From: an uncultured Actinomycetota bacterium
GTDB lineage: Bacteria > Actinomycetota > Actinomycetes > Mycobacteriales > Mycobacteriaceae
Direction of reading: 5' to 3'
Length of the DNA: 64,000 nt
NCBI GenBank assembly: GCA_963770305.1
Contig: CAVYPB010000024.1
Coordinates: forward strand, 10,543 to 74,542
Part shown: in pieces, positions 50,977 through 61,041 of the stretch
Numbering within the stretch: the first letter of the stretch is position 1
Layout of the letters: each line of letters begins with the position of its first letter
The notes under the pieces: generated by a model
The model's input: the letters and a program-made list of their open reading frames with translations, nothing else
The model's database searches: none
Told to the model about the DNA's origin: nothing
Position numbers and translations under genes: made by a program

Positions 50977-52446
50977 TCATAGGTCGGATTCGGCGGCCAC
51001 AACTCCGCTGGCGACCGCTTCGCGCAGCGCCGCATAGTCGCGCTCGTTCTGGTCGGCATACGATTCCGCAAAGCGGACCAGCGTCCGGTCGACCGTGTCA
51101 CCGTTCCCGAGATATGCGGCGATCGCGATGCGGTCACCGCTGCGCGAATGCGCTCGCGCGAGCACCTCGCCGCAGGACTGCCCGTAACCGGCCAGCACCG
51201 TTGGACTCATCGACTCCACGTCTGCCGAGCCTTTCCAGTCGTGCAGCTGGCGCACGTAGTAGTCGCCCGCGAGGGCATCCGGGCCAACGGAGCGTAACCA
51301 GCCCAACAAGATGTCGCTGCAGGCCTGCATCAGCCGCTGCCCGGCAACCACCCGCTCGGCGGAATTGGAATACGCGCTTGGCTGCAGGTAGCCCTCGAGC
51401 ACGGAGCGCTCGGCCTGTTTGACCTGCAGCAGGAGGGGATCCTGGTCGTCTCGCCCGAGCAGCAGCACTATCCAGGCACGGGTGCCGACGCTGCCAACCC
51501 CGACGACCTTGCGGGCCATGCCTGCGTAGGTAAAGCGAGTGATGAGCGTGCGTCGGCCCACGTCCAGGCTCCGCATGTACCCGTCGACGAGGTTGCCCAT
51601 CTGTTCGTCGTTTGCGCGAGCCTCGGCCTCACCGAAAAGCTCCTCGATCGGGACGAGCAGCGGCGGATCGCTCGCCAGGCGGCGACGCCCGTCGACCACG
51701 CGAGTTAGTTTCGCGTTCGCCTGCAGGTTGTCGCGCGTCCGCGCTTTGGCCGCGGTGCGACGGATCTGTCGCCTGTCGGTGGGGTTGACGCTCGCCTCGA
51801 GCTCTTCGTCGACGATGGTGTGCGCGTACCACACGTCCAGCTCGCGCATCGCCGCCAGCGCATTCATCTGTCGGCGGTAGCCCTGCGCCGCGGCGCGGAC
51901 CACGCGCTCGCGCTCGGCTGCGTCGAAACCGTTGCCGCGGCCCGCGACCGCCAGGCTCGCCACCAGCCGCTTGACATCCCACTCCCATGGTCCGGGCAGC
52001 GTTTCGTCGAAGTCGTTGATGTCGAATACCAGACTGCGCTCCGGCGAGGCGAACAGCCCGAAGTTAGACAGATGCGCATCGCCACACAACTGTGCTTCCA
52101 GCGAGGTGTGCGGACCGGTCGCCAAGTCGGACGCCATGATCAGTGCAGCGCCTCGATAAAACGAGAATGGCGACGCCAGCATGCGCCCATAACGGATGGG
52201 TATGAGTTCGGCGATCCGCGACGTCGCCTGGGATTCCAGCAGCGCGACCGGATCGGGACGGTCCGCCGCCGGCGCGTAGTCCCCGAGCGACGAACGCGGC
52301 AAGACGACCCGTTTGGACCTACCCAGCTCCTGTCGCTCCGCCACCGTCAGACGCGCCGCAGCCGCCTGCGCGGGTGCAAGAGAGTTGGCTTCCATCGTTG
52401 GAACCGCCTCTCCGCGAGGTGATTTCGCCATCACCGGCGCCGACAC
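50977..52446 (-). CDS. DUF2252 domain-containing protein
   Basis: RYGRMLASPFSFYRGAA, CGDAHLSNFG, FDINDFDE, KVVGVGSVGTR. Confidence 0.9.
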   Translation of the reverse strand: MSAPVMAKSPRGEAVPTMEANSLAPAQAAAARLTVAERQELGRSKRVVLPRSSLGDYAPAADRPDPVALLESQATSRIAELIPIRYGRMLASPFSFYRGAALIMASDLATGPHTSLEAQLCGDAHLSNFGLFASPERSLVFDINDFDETLPGPWEWDVKRLVASLAVAGRGNGFDAAERERVVRAAAQGYRRQMNALAAMRELDVWYAHTIVDEELEASVNPTDRRQIRRTAAKARTRDNLQANAKLTRVVDGRRRLASDPPLLVPIEELFGEAEARANDEQMGNLVDGYMRSLDVGRRTLITRFTYAGMARKVVGVGSVGTRAWIVLLLGRDDQDPLLLQVKQAERSVLEGYLQPSAYSNSAERVVAGQRLMQACSDILLGWLRSVGPDALAGDYYVRQLHDWKGSADVESMSPTVLAGYGQSCGEVLARAHSRSGDRIAIAAYLGNGDTVDRTLVRFAESYADQNERDYAALREAVASGVVAAESDL

Positions 52447-52474
52447 CGTTGGTCATCGCGTTTTCAGAGTGAGT

Positions 52475-53116
52475 TTACGAGCGCACTCGTCCGCTCGGGT
52501 GAGATATCGCGATCGTCGCCGGGGTCGAATCGTGCCGCGACGGCGCCAATGCCACCCCGCGGTACCGCGGGGCCAGCGCCCGTCCAGCGGCGAGCAGCGG
52601 CTCGGTGCTGCGCAACGTGCGGGCAATGACGAAGGCGCCCTCCAGTGCGCCGATCAGTGCGAGCGTGACCTCCCGGGCCTGTGTCGAGGCGAGCCCACGC
52701 GCCGTGAAGTAGGCGCTTCCGCCGTCTATCCAGCCGTCGAAGACCGATGCTGAGGTTTCGCGGAGTTCCTCGACGGTGTCGGCGACCTCGGCGGCGACGC
52801 TGGCCACCGGGCACATGTTCGCGAAGCCGGTGCTCGCCATGTCCTCGGCGGCCTGGGTGAAGACGGCGTCGACGGCGTCGCCGAGGTCGGTGTACTCGTC
52901 GACGATCGACGGGATGAGCAATGCGTACGCGTGGCCGGCGTTGATCAGCGCCTCGCGAGCGATCTGCACCTTGCCGCCGCGGAAGTGGTGGTACAGCGAC
53001 CCGATGGGCGCACCGGAGGCTTGGGCGATGTCCTTCATGCCCACAGCTCCGTAGCCCTTGTGCCGCATCAGCTCCGCCGCGGCGGTCAGAATCGATTCCC
53101 TGGTAGACCTTGCCAT
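52475..53116 (-). CDS. TetR/AcrR family transcriptional regulator
   Basis: HTH 'GMKDIAQASGAPIGSLYHHFRGGK'. Confidence 0.92.
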   Translation of the reverse strand: MARSTRESILTAAAELMRHKGYGAVGMKDIAQASGAPIGSLYHHFRGGKVQIAREALINAGHAYALLIPSIVDEYTDLGDAVDAVFTQAAEDMASTGFANMCPVASVAAEVADTVEELRETSASVFDGWIDGGSAYFTARGLASTQAREVTLALIGALEGAFVIARTLRSTEPLLAAGRALAPRYRGVALAPSRHDSTPATIAISHPSGRVRS

Positions 53117-53137
53117 CTTCGCCTCCCGGCTACAGAC

Positions 53138-53167
53138 TAGAGCATACGTTCTAGAATCAACGTTCTA
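53138..53167. promoter_or_regulatory. Two overlapping tandem palindromic operators
   Basis: TAGAGCATACGTTCTA (53138-53153) and TAGAATCAACGTTCTA (53152-53167) between the divergent TetR and hydrolase starts. Confidence 0.72.
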
Positions 53168-53183
53168 TTGCCGAAGGGTCGCC

Positions 53184-54017
53184 ATGAAATCCGTCGACGT
53201 ATCCGCCGGAACCATCGAATACCGGGAGGAGGGCGACCCGAGCGGTCCACCGGTCGTGCTGCTGCATGGCCTGCTCATGAACGACGCCCAGTGGAACCTG
53301 GCGCTGCCGATGCTCCCGCCGGGATTCCGCTATCTGCTGCCGGTGCTGCCGATGGGCGGGCACCGCATCCCGATGCGCGAGGACGCGGACCTGACCATGC
53401 CGGGGATGGTCGACGTCGTCGCCGACTTTCTGGATGCGCTGGACCTTGCCGACGTCACGCTGGTGGTTACCGATTGGGGCGGCGCGCTGTTCCTCACCGA
53501 CGCCGGCCGCGACAAACGCGTTGCGCGGCTGGTGATCTGCCCGTCCGAGGCGTTCGACAACTTTCCGCCCGGTTTCCCCGGCAAGGTCGCATGGCTGGCC
53601 AGCCGCAACACGCTGACGGTGTCGCTGGCGATGCGTCAGCTCAAGATCGGATGGCTGAGGCGGCAGTGGCTGATCTTCGGTCAGATGGCGAAAAAGCCTG
53701 TGCCGCAAGATATTGTCGACAAGTGGATGGCGCCCGGCCTGGCGGACCGGCGGATCCGGCAGGACCTCGTCAAGTATTGCCGCACCAAGTTCGACGGCGC
53801 CGACCTGATCCGCGCGACGAACAAGCTCGCCGACTTCACCGGGCCCGCGCTGGTGTTGTGGAGCCGCAACCCCGTGATGCCGGAAGAGCACGGCGGCCGG
53901 CTCGCCGCCCTGCTGCCCAAGGGTCGACTGCGGCTGGTCGACGACGCATACGTCCTGGTGATGCTCGACCAGCCCGAGCACACCGCTCGCGAGATCGGGG
54001 CGTTTCTGAACGCCTGA
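53184..54017 (+). CDS. Alpha/beta hydrolase (Asp-nucleophile, epoxide hydrolase-like)
   Basis: LLHG, VTDWGGA, ICPSEAFDNFPP. Confidence 0.85.
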   Translation: MKSVDVSAGTIEYREEGDPSGPPVVLLHGLLMNDAQWNLALPMLPPGFRYLLPVLPMGGHRIPMREDADLTMPGMVDVVADFLDALDLADVTLVVTDWGGALFLTDAGRDKRVARLVICPSEAFDNFPPGFPGKVAWLASRNTLTVSLAMRQLKIGWLRRQWLIFGQMAKKPVPQDIVDKWMAPGLADRRIRQDLVKYCRTKFDGADLIRATNKLADFTGPALVLWSRNPVMPEEHGGRLAALLPKGRLRLVDDAYVLVMLDQPEHTAREIGAFLNA

Positions 54018-54022
54018 GAAGA

Positions 54023-54044
54023 ATGGCATTTCCATGGATGCCAT
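54023..54044. promoter_or_regulatory. Inverted repeat upstream of the molybdopterin oxidoreductase
   Basis: ATGGCAT-TTCCATGG-ATGCCAT followed by an AT-rich stretch. Confidence 0.5.
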
Positions 54045-54079
54045 ATCCCATATCAATATCGGAGAGTACGTTTCCGTTC

Positions 54080-56062
54080 GTGCCCACCGTCCGAAGTTTC
54101 TGCCGCATCTGCACGTCCGTCTGCGGGATTCTCGTCGACGTCGAGGGTGACGACGTCATCCGGGTGCGCGGCGACCGGGAGCACCCGTTGTCGATGGGGT
54201 ACACCTGCCCGAAAGGCCGGGCGCTACCGCAGATGCACCACCACCCCGACCGGATCGAACGCCCGCAGATGCTGGTCGACGGCGTCCTCCAGGACACGTC
54301 ATGGGAGGCGTGCCTCGACGACCTCGGCACCAAGCTCAAGGACATCATCGACAGGCACGGACCGGATTCGGTCGGCATCTTCTTCGGCACCGGAGTCGGC
54401 ATGGACGCCGTCGGCACCCGGGTCGCCGAGGCACTGCACGCCGCCATCGGCACGTCGGCCAAGTTCAGCCCGCTGACCATCGACGGCACGGCCAAGCCGC
54501 TGATCTCTGATCTCGTGGGCGGCTTCCTCGGCATGTCGGGGCGGCCGGACTACGACGCCGTCGACTTCATGATCTTCGTCGGCACCAACCCGGTGATCTC
54601 GCATGGCCACGCGATCTCCGTGCCGAATCCGACCGGCACCGTGCGCGCTATCGCCGGACGGGGCCAGGTGTGGGTCATCGATCCGCGTCGGACCGAGACC
54701 GCCCGCCTGGCCACCGGCCACATCGCGCCGCGACCCGGCACTGATCACGCGGTGTTGGCGTTCCTCGTGCGCGAGATCCTTCGGAACGGCGCGGATCCGG
54801 ACGTACTCGTCCAGGACGCCGATGTGTTGGCCGCCGCGGTGGAGCCGTTCACACTCGAGTACAGCGCTGCGCTGGCTGACGTAGCGGCCGCAGACCTGAC
54901 GCGCCTCTGTGAGGCGGTACGGGCGGCGGCGCCGGGTCCGGTCGCGATCGAAACCGGCACCGGCGTGACGATGACGGCCGATGCGGCCAACGTCACGCAA
55001 TGGCTGGCATGGGCGTTGATGATCCTCACCGGGTCGATGAACCGTCCCGGCGGCATCTGGTTCCACCCGGGCTTCGCCTATCAACTTGAGGCGTTCGAGC
55101 TTCCGATCTCGCCGCCGGACGGCTCGTTCGGACCCGGTCCGCGCAGCCGCCCTGGAACACAGTCGTTCATGGGCGAATGGCCTTGCGCAGCACTGCCCGA
55201 CGAGATCGAAGCAGGCAATATCCGCGCAGTGCTCAATCTCGGCGGCAGCCTGCTCACGTCGTTCCCGAACACCGGGGTGTTGGAGCCGGCGCTGCGCAAG
55301 CTCGAGGTGCTGGCCACCACGGAGATCATCACGAACGACACCGCGGCCTTGTCCACGCACGTGCTGCCGACCAAGGACCAGTTGGAACGATCCGACGTCA
55401 CGATCTGGGACGCGTTGAGTTCCCGGGTGTCGGCTCAGCACACCGCCGCGGTGGTGGAACCGATCGGTGACCGACGGTCGATGTGGTGGTTCCTCGCCGA
55501 GCTGGGCAGGCGGCTCGGTCTTGACGTCGCCGATCCCACGCGATCCGACGACGAGATGCTGGCAGGAGTTACGGCGGCTGCGCGGTGCACGTTCGACGAG
55601 TTGGCGGCGACCGGCTGGGTGGACAACGGTCACGAACTTCCCGCGCCGTGGGTACAGCGCCACATCGAGCGGATGGGCGGATGGCGGTTGGCGCCGCGGC
55701 TGCTCGTCGAACGGCTCGCCCGGTTGCGCGAGCCGGCGCCGCTCGTGCTGACGCCGCGCAGGCAGATGCGGCGGCTCAATGCCCAGTTCGACTTTCTCGG
55801 CGATCCCGCCGACGTGCTGATCCATCCCGACGACGGCGCCGCGGCGGGCGTCGTCGACGGCAGGCCGGTGACGGTCCGCAGCGCCCACGGTGAGCTGACC
55901 GGTGTCGCCAAGGTGGACGCAGCGATCCGGCGCGGTGCGGTCTCGGTGCCGCACGGCCACGTCGAGGCCAACGTCAACGTGCTGACGAACAAGGACGACA
56001 TCGACCTGGTGACCGGCATGGTGCGCTACTCGGGTGTGCCGGTCAGCCTGCACCCCGCCTGA
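54080..56062 (+). CDS. Molybdopterin-dependent oxidoreductase with an N-terminal 4Fe-4S site
   Basis: GTG start, PTVRSFCRICTSVCG...CPKG; GTNPVISHG, IDPRRTETA, HVLPTKDQLER, IHPDD, VSVPHG. Confidence 0.9.
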   Translation: MPTVRSFCRICTSVCGILVDVEGDDVIRVRGDREHPLSMGYTCPKGRALPQMHHHPDRIERPQMLVDGVLQDTSWEACLDDLGTKLKDIIDRHGPDSVGIFFGTGVGMDAVGTRVAEALHAAIGTSAKFSPLTIDGTAKPLISDLVGGFLGMSGRPDYDAVDFMIFVGTNPVISHGHAISVPNPTGTVRAIAGRGQVWVIDPRRTETARLATGHIAPRPGTDHAVLAFLVREILRNGADPDVLVQDADVLAAAVEPFTLEYSAALADVAAADLTRLCEAVRAAAPGPVAIETGTGVTMTADAANVTQWLAWALMILTGSMNRPGGIWFHPGFAYQLEAFELPISPPDGSFGPGPRSRPGTQSFMGEWPCAALPDEIEAGNIRAVLNLGGSLLTSFPNTGVLEPALRKLEVLATTEIITNDTAALSTHVLPTKDQLERSDVTIWDALSSRVSAQHTAAVVEPIGDRRSMWWFLAELGRRLGLDVADPTRSDDEMLAGVTAAARCTFDELAATGWVDNGHELPAPWVQRHIERMGGWRLAPRLLVERLARLREPAPLVLTPRRQMRRLNAQFDFLGDPADVLIHPDDGAAAGVVDGRPVTVRSAHGELTGVAKVDAAIRRGAVSVPHGHVEANVNVLTNKDDIDLVTGMVRYSGVPVSLHPA

Positions 56063-56148
56063 GTCTCCGCATCGCGGTCGCTGACGCTCGCCCGGGCGAC
56101 CTCATCTGGCCAGACGGAAATAAAAGCACCCTCGCCGGCGCTGATTTG

Positions 56149-56163
56149 TATAGAAACTCTATA
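56149..56163. promoter_or_regulatory. AT-rich palindrome upstream of a small secreted-protein gene
   Basis: TATAGA-AAC-TCTATA. Confidence 0.45.
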
Positions 56164-56253
56164 TGTTCTGTTTCTCTCCGGAAGCGCCCCGCCGGGGCCC
56201 CACAACTCGATCGCGGCGAGCGAGCGGCCGCATCCACGCCCGAGGAGTGAATC

Positions 56254-56496
56254 ATGACAATCCAGCGACGCTATCTACCGCCGATGTTGTTGGCGCTGGC
56301 CGCCGCGGCATCGATCGCCACCGCACCTACCGCGCTGGCCGAACAATCCTGCACCTATACCAGCGCCAACAGCACGGTCTGCCAGACGCCGGGAAATGTG
56401 CAGATCGTGAACACGCCGCCCCCGGTGACGTACGCCCCGCAATTCCCCTACTTCGGCAGCAGCTTGCTCGTCTTCCACCATGGCGGACATCGCTAG
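56254..56496 (+). CDS. Small secreted mycobacterial protein
   Basis: GAGGAG RBS; signal peptide ending ALA; CTYTSANSTVCQTPGNVQI. Confidence 0.75.
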   Translation: MTIQRRYLPPMLLALAAAASIATAPTALAEQSCTYTSANSTVCQTPGNVQIVNTPPPVTYAPQFPYFGSSLLVFHHGGHR

Positions 56497-56523
56497 GAAA
56501 CCTCGCCTTGCGCGTCGCGCGAG

Positions 56524-56958
56524 CTAGGCCGGAATGACGCCGAGCTGTTTCATCTGCGAGAAGACGTCGACGACTCCCCAGGTCTCAACTACTCGGCCAT
56601 TGGCGAAGCGGAAGATGAAGATCTCTTCGTACGCAATGGATTTGCCGGTTGGCTCTATGCCCATGTAGTCACCCAGGTGGGTTCCGGTTACCACGATCCT
56701 GGCGACGACCTTGTCCTCCTCCCCGATCAAATCCTCGACCGTGAGGTGCAGATCGGGGAAGGCGCGAAGGAGCACCGCCCACACATGCTTGAGGACTTCC
56801 GCGCCCGTCGCGTCACTCGGCAACGGCGTGCGGATCGTGGCGTCCGGCTCGACAAGCTCGTCGATCGTCCTCGAGATGAACTCCATGTCACAGGTGTTCA
56901 TGGCGTCACGGAAGCGTCGGAACGTTGCTTTATTGGTTGTTACTTCGGCGGTCCACAT
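56524..56958 (-). CDS. SnoaL-like ester/polyketide cyclase family protein
   Basis: AFPDLHLTVEDLIGEEDKVVAR...GTHLGDYMGIEPTGK...FANGRVVETW. Confidence 0.9.
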   Translation of the reverse strand: MWTAEVTTNKATFRRFRDAMNTCDMEFISRTIDELVEPDATIRTPLPSDATGAEVLKHVWAVLLRAFPDLHLTVEDLIGEEDKVVARIVVTGTHLGDYMGIEPTGKSIAYEEIFIFRFANGRVVETWGVVDVFSQMKQLGVIPA

Positions 56959-56978
56959 TCGGCACCTCCCGGCCTGAG

Positions 56979-57737
56979 CTACTCCTCGTCGTCGAGGATG
57001 GCGGCGACGTCGTCGGGGATGTCGATGTTGGTGTAGACGTCCTGCACATCGTCGCTGTCCTCAAGCGCGTCGATCAGCTTGAGCACCTTGCGCGCGCCGT
57101 CGAGGTCGACGGGCACGGACACCGAGGGCTGGAAGCTGGCCTCGGCCGACTCGTAGTCGATGCCGGCGTCTTGCAGCGCCGTACGCACCGCCACCAGATC
57201 GCCCGGCTCACAGATAACCTCGAAAGTGTCGCCCAGATCGTCGACGTCCTCGGCGCCAGCCTCCAGAACCGCGGTCAGGACGTCATCCTCGGTCAGCCCG
57301 TTCTTCTCCAGCGTGACGACGCCCTTGCGGGAGAACAGGTAGGACACCGACCCCGGGTCGGCCATGTTTCCGCCGTTGCGGGTCATCGCGACGCGCACCT
57401 CGCCGGCGGCGCGGTTGCGGTTATCGGTCAGGCACTCGATCAGCACGGCCACGCCGTTGGGCCCGTAGCCCTCGTAGGTGATGGTCTGCCAGTCGGCGCC
57501 GCCGGCTTCCTCACCGGCGCCGCGCTTGCGGGCCCGCTCGATGTTGTCGTTGGGCACCGACGTCTTCTTGGCCTTCTGGATGGCGTCATACAGGGTCGGG
57601 TTGCCGCCCGGGTCACCGCCGCCGGTGCGCGCGGCGACCTCAATGTTCTTGATCAGCCGGGCAAATTCCTTGCCGCGGCGCGCGTCTTTGACGGCCTTCT
57701 GATGCTTGGTGGTGGCCCACTTGGAATGGCCGCTCAT
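56979..57737 (-). CDS. YebC/PmpR family protein
   Basis: [32 protein letters not shown]; syntenic with Rv2603c. Confidence 0.96.
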   Translation of the reverse strand: MSGHSKWATTKHQKAVKDARRGKEFARLIKNIEVAARTGGGDPGGNPTLYDAIQKAKKTSVPNDNIERARKRGAGEEAGGADWQTITYEGYGPNGVAVLIECLTDNRNRAAGEVRVAMTRNGGNMADPGSVSYLFSRKGVVTLEKNGLTEDDVLTAVLEAGAEDVDDLGDTFEVICEPGDLVAVRTALQDAGIDYESAEASFQPSVSVPVDLDGARKVLKLIDALEDSDDVQDVYTNIDIPDDVAAILDDEE

Positions 57738-57823
57738 GCAGTACTACCTCTTTCACTTACTTCAGAGTCCAATCAACGAGTCTACGTGGACGTTTAAGCC
57801 CTACCGCACGGCGTCGAGCGGCG

Positions 57824-58015
57824 TCAGCGCGACGACGCGTAGCCCACGCCGGCCGGCCAGCCCAGGTGGCCGTCGACGTGCAGCTGGATCCAGGTCGGGG
57901 CACTCGACGGGTCGTCGGTGAACGTCGCGGCGGCGTCGACGACCGCAGCTCTCTGGCCCGACCGGACCAGCGTGTCGATGCGCGGTTGCGGCTCAACCTC
58001 GATCATTGTTGTCAT
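57824..58015 (-). CDS. Small hypothetical protein, possibly frameshifted near its 3' end
   Basis: AAGGAAA before MTTMIEVEPQPRIDT...WIQLHVDGHLGWPAGVGY; an alternative frame continues RVVALTPLDAVR*. Confidence 0.45.
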   Translation of the reverse strand: MTTMIEVEPQPRIDTLVRSGQRAAVVDAAATFTDDPSSAPTWIQLHVDGHLGWPAGVGYASSR

Positions 58016-58048
58016 CGGTTTCCTTGACTTCGGGTTAGGAGGGCGCTC

Positions 58049-59565
58049 GTGCGGCGACTGAACGGCCCGCAGACCACCGGGCGTGGCTATCGCAACCTCA
58101 GCGAACCGCAGTATCACACCCGCCGCGACAACAACGTCGCGATCGGCGTGCGCGACGGCACCGCACTGATGGCCGACGTGCATCGGCCGGACTCCGACGG
58201 CCCGGTGCCCGCGCTGATCGCCGCCTCGCCCTACCCGCGTCAGATCCAGGACCTCGGCGCTCCCATGGGGTTCATCGAGGCCGGAGCCACCGACTTCTGG
58301 GTGCCCCGCGGCTACGCCCACGTCATCGCTAATCTGCGCGGCACGGGTGGCTCAGGCGGCACGTTCTGGTTCTTCGACGCCCAGGAACGCCGCGACATGC
58401 ACGATCTCGTCGAATGGGTGGCCGCGCAGCCATGGTGTGACGGCAACGTCGGGATGATCGGCATCAGCTACTTCGCGATGACGCAGCTGGAGGCGCCATC
58501 GAGCGGCCGCCGCACCTGAAGGCGATCTTCCCGGTCGCCGTGACAGCAGACCTGTACGAAGGGGCCGTGCACAACGGGTTGTTCAGCTCGTCGTTCATCA
58601 CACCGTTCCTCGCGATGGTCGGTCTGACCGCAGAGCGCAGCGACAAGTTCTGGCGCAGCCCGCCGCTGCGGCTCGCCCGCGACGTGCTCACGACCGAGCG
58701 CCTGCACTCAAAGTTCGCCACCATGAACGGCGAATCGGCCATGACCGTGCTTCGCCAGCTGCTCAAAGTTCCGCACGACCCGCATCCCTGGGACGACTTG
58801 TGGCTCGCCATCGCGGTCAGACACCCCACCCGCGACGAGTGGTGGGACGAGCGAAACCTGGTGCCGCTGCTGAGGAACATCGACATCCCGGGCATCGCGG
58901 AAGGGCCCGCTATGCCGATACTTCCTGCCGGGCGCGGACGACTGGCCACTGCCGAGTCGTGGCCGCCGCCGGGCAGCCACCGCGAATTCGCGCTGCGAGC
59001 GGACGGTGCGCTGGCCGGTGACGAAGGCGGGCCGCGCAGCCGCGAGTACCTAGTGCTGGGCGCCGGCCTTAACCGTGCCAAGCCAAGCCCGATCGATCCG
59101 CCGTCGATGCTGACGTGGACCAGCGAGGCGCTGTCCTCGGCGGTGGATGTCGTGGGCGACATCGAATTACAGCTGGTCGCGTCGGCGACCGCGATCGACA
59201 CGGCGTGGATCGCGATCCTGCAAGACGTCGCGCCGGACGGCACGGTCTCCGACGTGACGGCCGGGTGGCTGCGCGCCAGCATGCGCGAGGTCGACGTACC
59301 GGCCAGCCGGCCGGGTGCGCCGGTGTTGCCGTGCCGCACCGCCGAGGCGGTGCCCATCGGCGAGGACGTCGTCTATCGAATCCCGTTGGTACCCAATGCT
59401 CGTCGCTTCCAGGCGGGCCATCGCATCCAGGTGATGCTGACCAGCGACGACCAGGATCCGTCCATGCCGGCCATCATGAACTTCAGGCATGCCAGCGTCG
59501 GCACGAGCAGCCTGAACACGGTCCGCTCGTCGTCACGCCGCTTGCTGCCTGTGATTTCGGCGTGA
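58049..59565 (+). pseudogene. CocE/NonD family hydrolase pseudogene
   Basis: RDGTALMAD, SPYP, LRGTGGS, GMIGISY; 1-bp loss near 58497; apparent internal deletion at 58890; short out-of-frame segment at 58916-58945. Confidence 0.85.
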
Positions 59566-59603
59566 TTTCCTGCGATCAGCGCCAGAAATCACGCCCAAAT
59601 CGC
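59551..59603. terminator. Hairpin between convergent genes (REP or bidirectional terminator)
   Basis: Perfect core GGCGTGATTTC (59559-59569) and GAAATCACGCC (59585-59595), with an imperfect outer extension. Confidence 0.65.
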
Positions 59604-59605
59604 GT

Positions 59606-60190
59606 CTAAAGCATGTCAACGAAGAGCTTATGGATGCGACGGTCGCCCGTCATCTCCGGATGAAACGCCGTCGCCAGCATGCGGCCCTGCCGCACGGCGA
59701 CGATGTGGCCGGCGGCACGGCCCAACACCTGCACATCGGGGCCGACGCGTTCGACCCATGGCGCGCGGATGAACACCGCGTGCACGTGACCGTCGAGACC
59801 CTCAAAGGGGAAGTCGCCCTCAAACGAATCGACTTGGCGGCCAAAGGCGTTGCGACGCACCGTCATATCAATGGCCTTGAGCGGGACGGCGGAGCGGCCC
59901 TCGACGCCGGCGTCCAGAATCTCGGTGGCCAGCAGGATCATCCCAGCACACGAGCCGTAGGCCGGCATGCCTTCGGCCAGCCGCGCCCGCAGCGGCTCGA
60001 GCAGTTCGAATTCGCGCAGCAGGTGGCTCATCGTGGTGGATTCGCCGCCGGGTATCACCAGCGCGTCGACGGCCTCGAGCTCGTCGACGCGGCGAACGGT
60101 CGTCGCGTTCGCGCCCGCCTCACGCAGCGCCGCCAGATGTTCGCGGGTGTCGCCCTGCAGCGCGAGCACGCCGACGCGCGGCGTGCTCAC
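59606..60190 (-). CDS. pdxT: Pyridoxal 5'-phosphate synthase glutaminase subunit
   Basis: [23 protein letters not shown]. Confidence 0.96.
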   Translation of the reverse strand: MSTPRVGVLALQGDTREHLAALREAGANATTVRRVDELEAVDALVIPGGESTTMSHLLREFELLEPLRARLAEGMPAYGSCAGMILLATEILDAGVEGRSAVPLKAIDMTVRRNAFGRQVDSFEGDFPFEGLDGHVHAVFIRAPWVERVGPDVQVLGRAAGHIVAVRQGRMLATAFHPEMTGDRRIHKLFVDML

Positions 60191-61032
60191 TCTCGGGCCG
60201 GGGTGTAGTCACGCCGGTAGCGGGTGAGGCCCTCCTGCATCACCGCCGCCACCATTTCGCCGTAACGGTTGAAGATCTTGCCCTGCGTCAGCGCCCGACC
60301 CCCGCACGCCGATGGCGACGACTGGTCATAGAGCAGCCATTCGTCGGCGCGGAACGGCCGCATGAACCACATCGCGTGATCGAGCGACGCGATCTGCAGG
60401 TGCTTGCGCTCCTCTTGGTGGTGGACCTGCGCCGAACCGAGCAGCGTGAGGTCACTCATGTAGGCCAGCGCACAGATGTGCAGGACATAGTCGTCGGGAA
60501 GCGGGTCGCGGTGGCGGAACCACACCTGCTGCTGGGACGCCTTACCTGGCAGGCGTTCCAGTTTCTCCTGAGGGACGATCCGAACATCCCACTCCGCGAA
60601 CTGCTTGAAGCCCGCGTCGTCGAACGCCCTCATCTCCGTCAGGCCCGGCAGATCCTCCGGCGGCGGAGCCGACGGCATGGCGTCCTGGTGTTCGATGCCG
60701 CTCTGGTCGGTTTGAAACGATGCCGACATCGAGAAGATCGTCTCGCCGTGCTGTATCGCGTTCACCCGCCTGGTGGCGAAGGATCCGCCGTCCCGGAGAC
60801 GTTCGACGATGAAGACGGTGCTCGCCTTGGCATCTCCCGGCCGCAGAAAGTAGCCGTGCAGCGAGTGAACCTGGTAGCGCGGGTCGACCGTGCGTACCGC
60901 GGAGACCAGCGACTGACCGGCCACCTGGCCTCCAAAGGTGCGCTGCCAGTTGCCCGACTCGGGACTGAACACGCTTCCGCGGTAGATGTTGACCTCGAGC
61001 TGCTCGAGATCAAGGATCTTCTCGATCGACAT
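60187..61032 (-). CDS. tesB: Acyl-CoA thioesterase II
   Basis: [34 protein letters not shown]. Confidence 0.95.
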   Translation of the reverse strand: MSIEKILDLEQLEVNIYRGSVFSPESGNWQRTFGGQVAGQSLVSAVRTVDPRYQVHSLHGYFLRPGDAKASTVFIVERLRDGGSFATRRVNAIQHGETIFSMSASFQTDQSGIEHQDAMPSAPPPEDLPGLTEMRAFDDAGFKQFAEWDVRIVPQEKLERLPGKASQQQVWFRHRDPLPDDYVLHICALAYMSDLTLLGSAQVHHQEERKHLQIASLDHAMWFMRPFRADEWLLYDQSSPSACGGRALTQGKIFNRYGEMVAAVMQEGLTRYRRDYTPARE

Positions 61033-61041
61033 GCAGAAGGT

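Noticed and set aside
53168-54079. 964-aa ORF 53168-56062 suggesting a large fusion protein
   Set aside because: The first ~300 codons are an Arg/Ala/Pro-rich off-frame read of the hydrolase gene; the recognisable protein starts at GTG 54080.
54299-56053. 584-aa ORF antisense to the molybdoenzyme
   Set aside because: Shadow ORF typical of high-GC DNA; no motifs; fully overlaps a well-supported gene.
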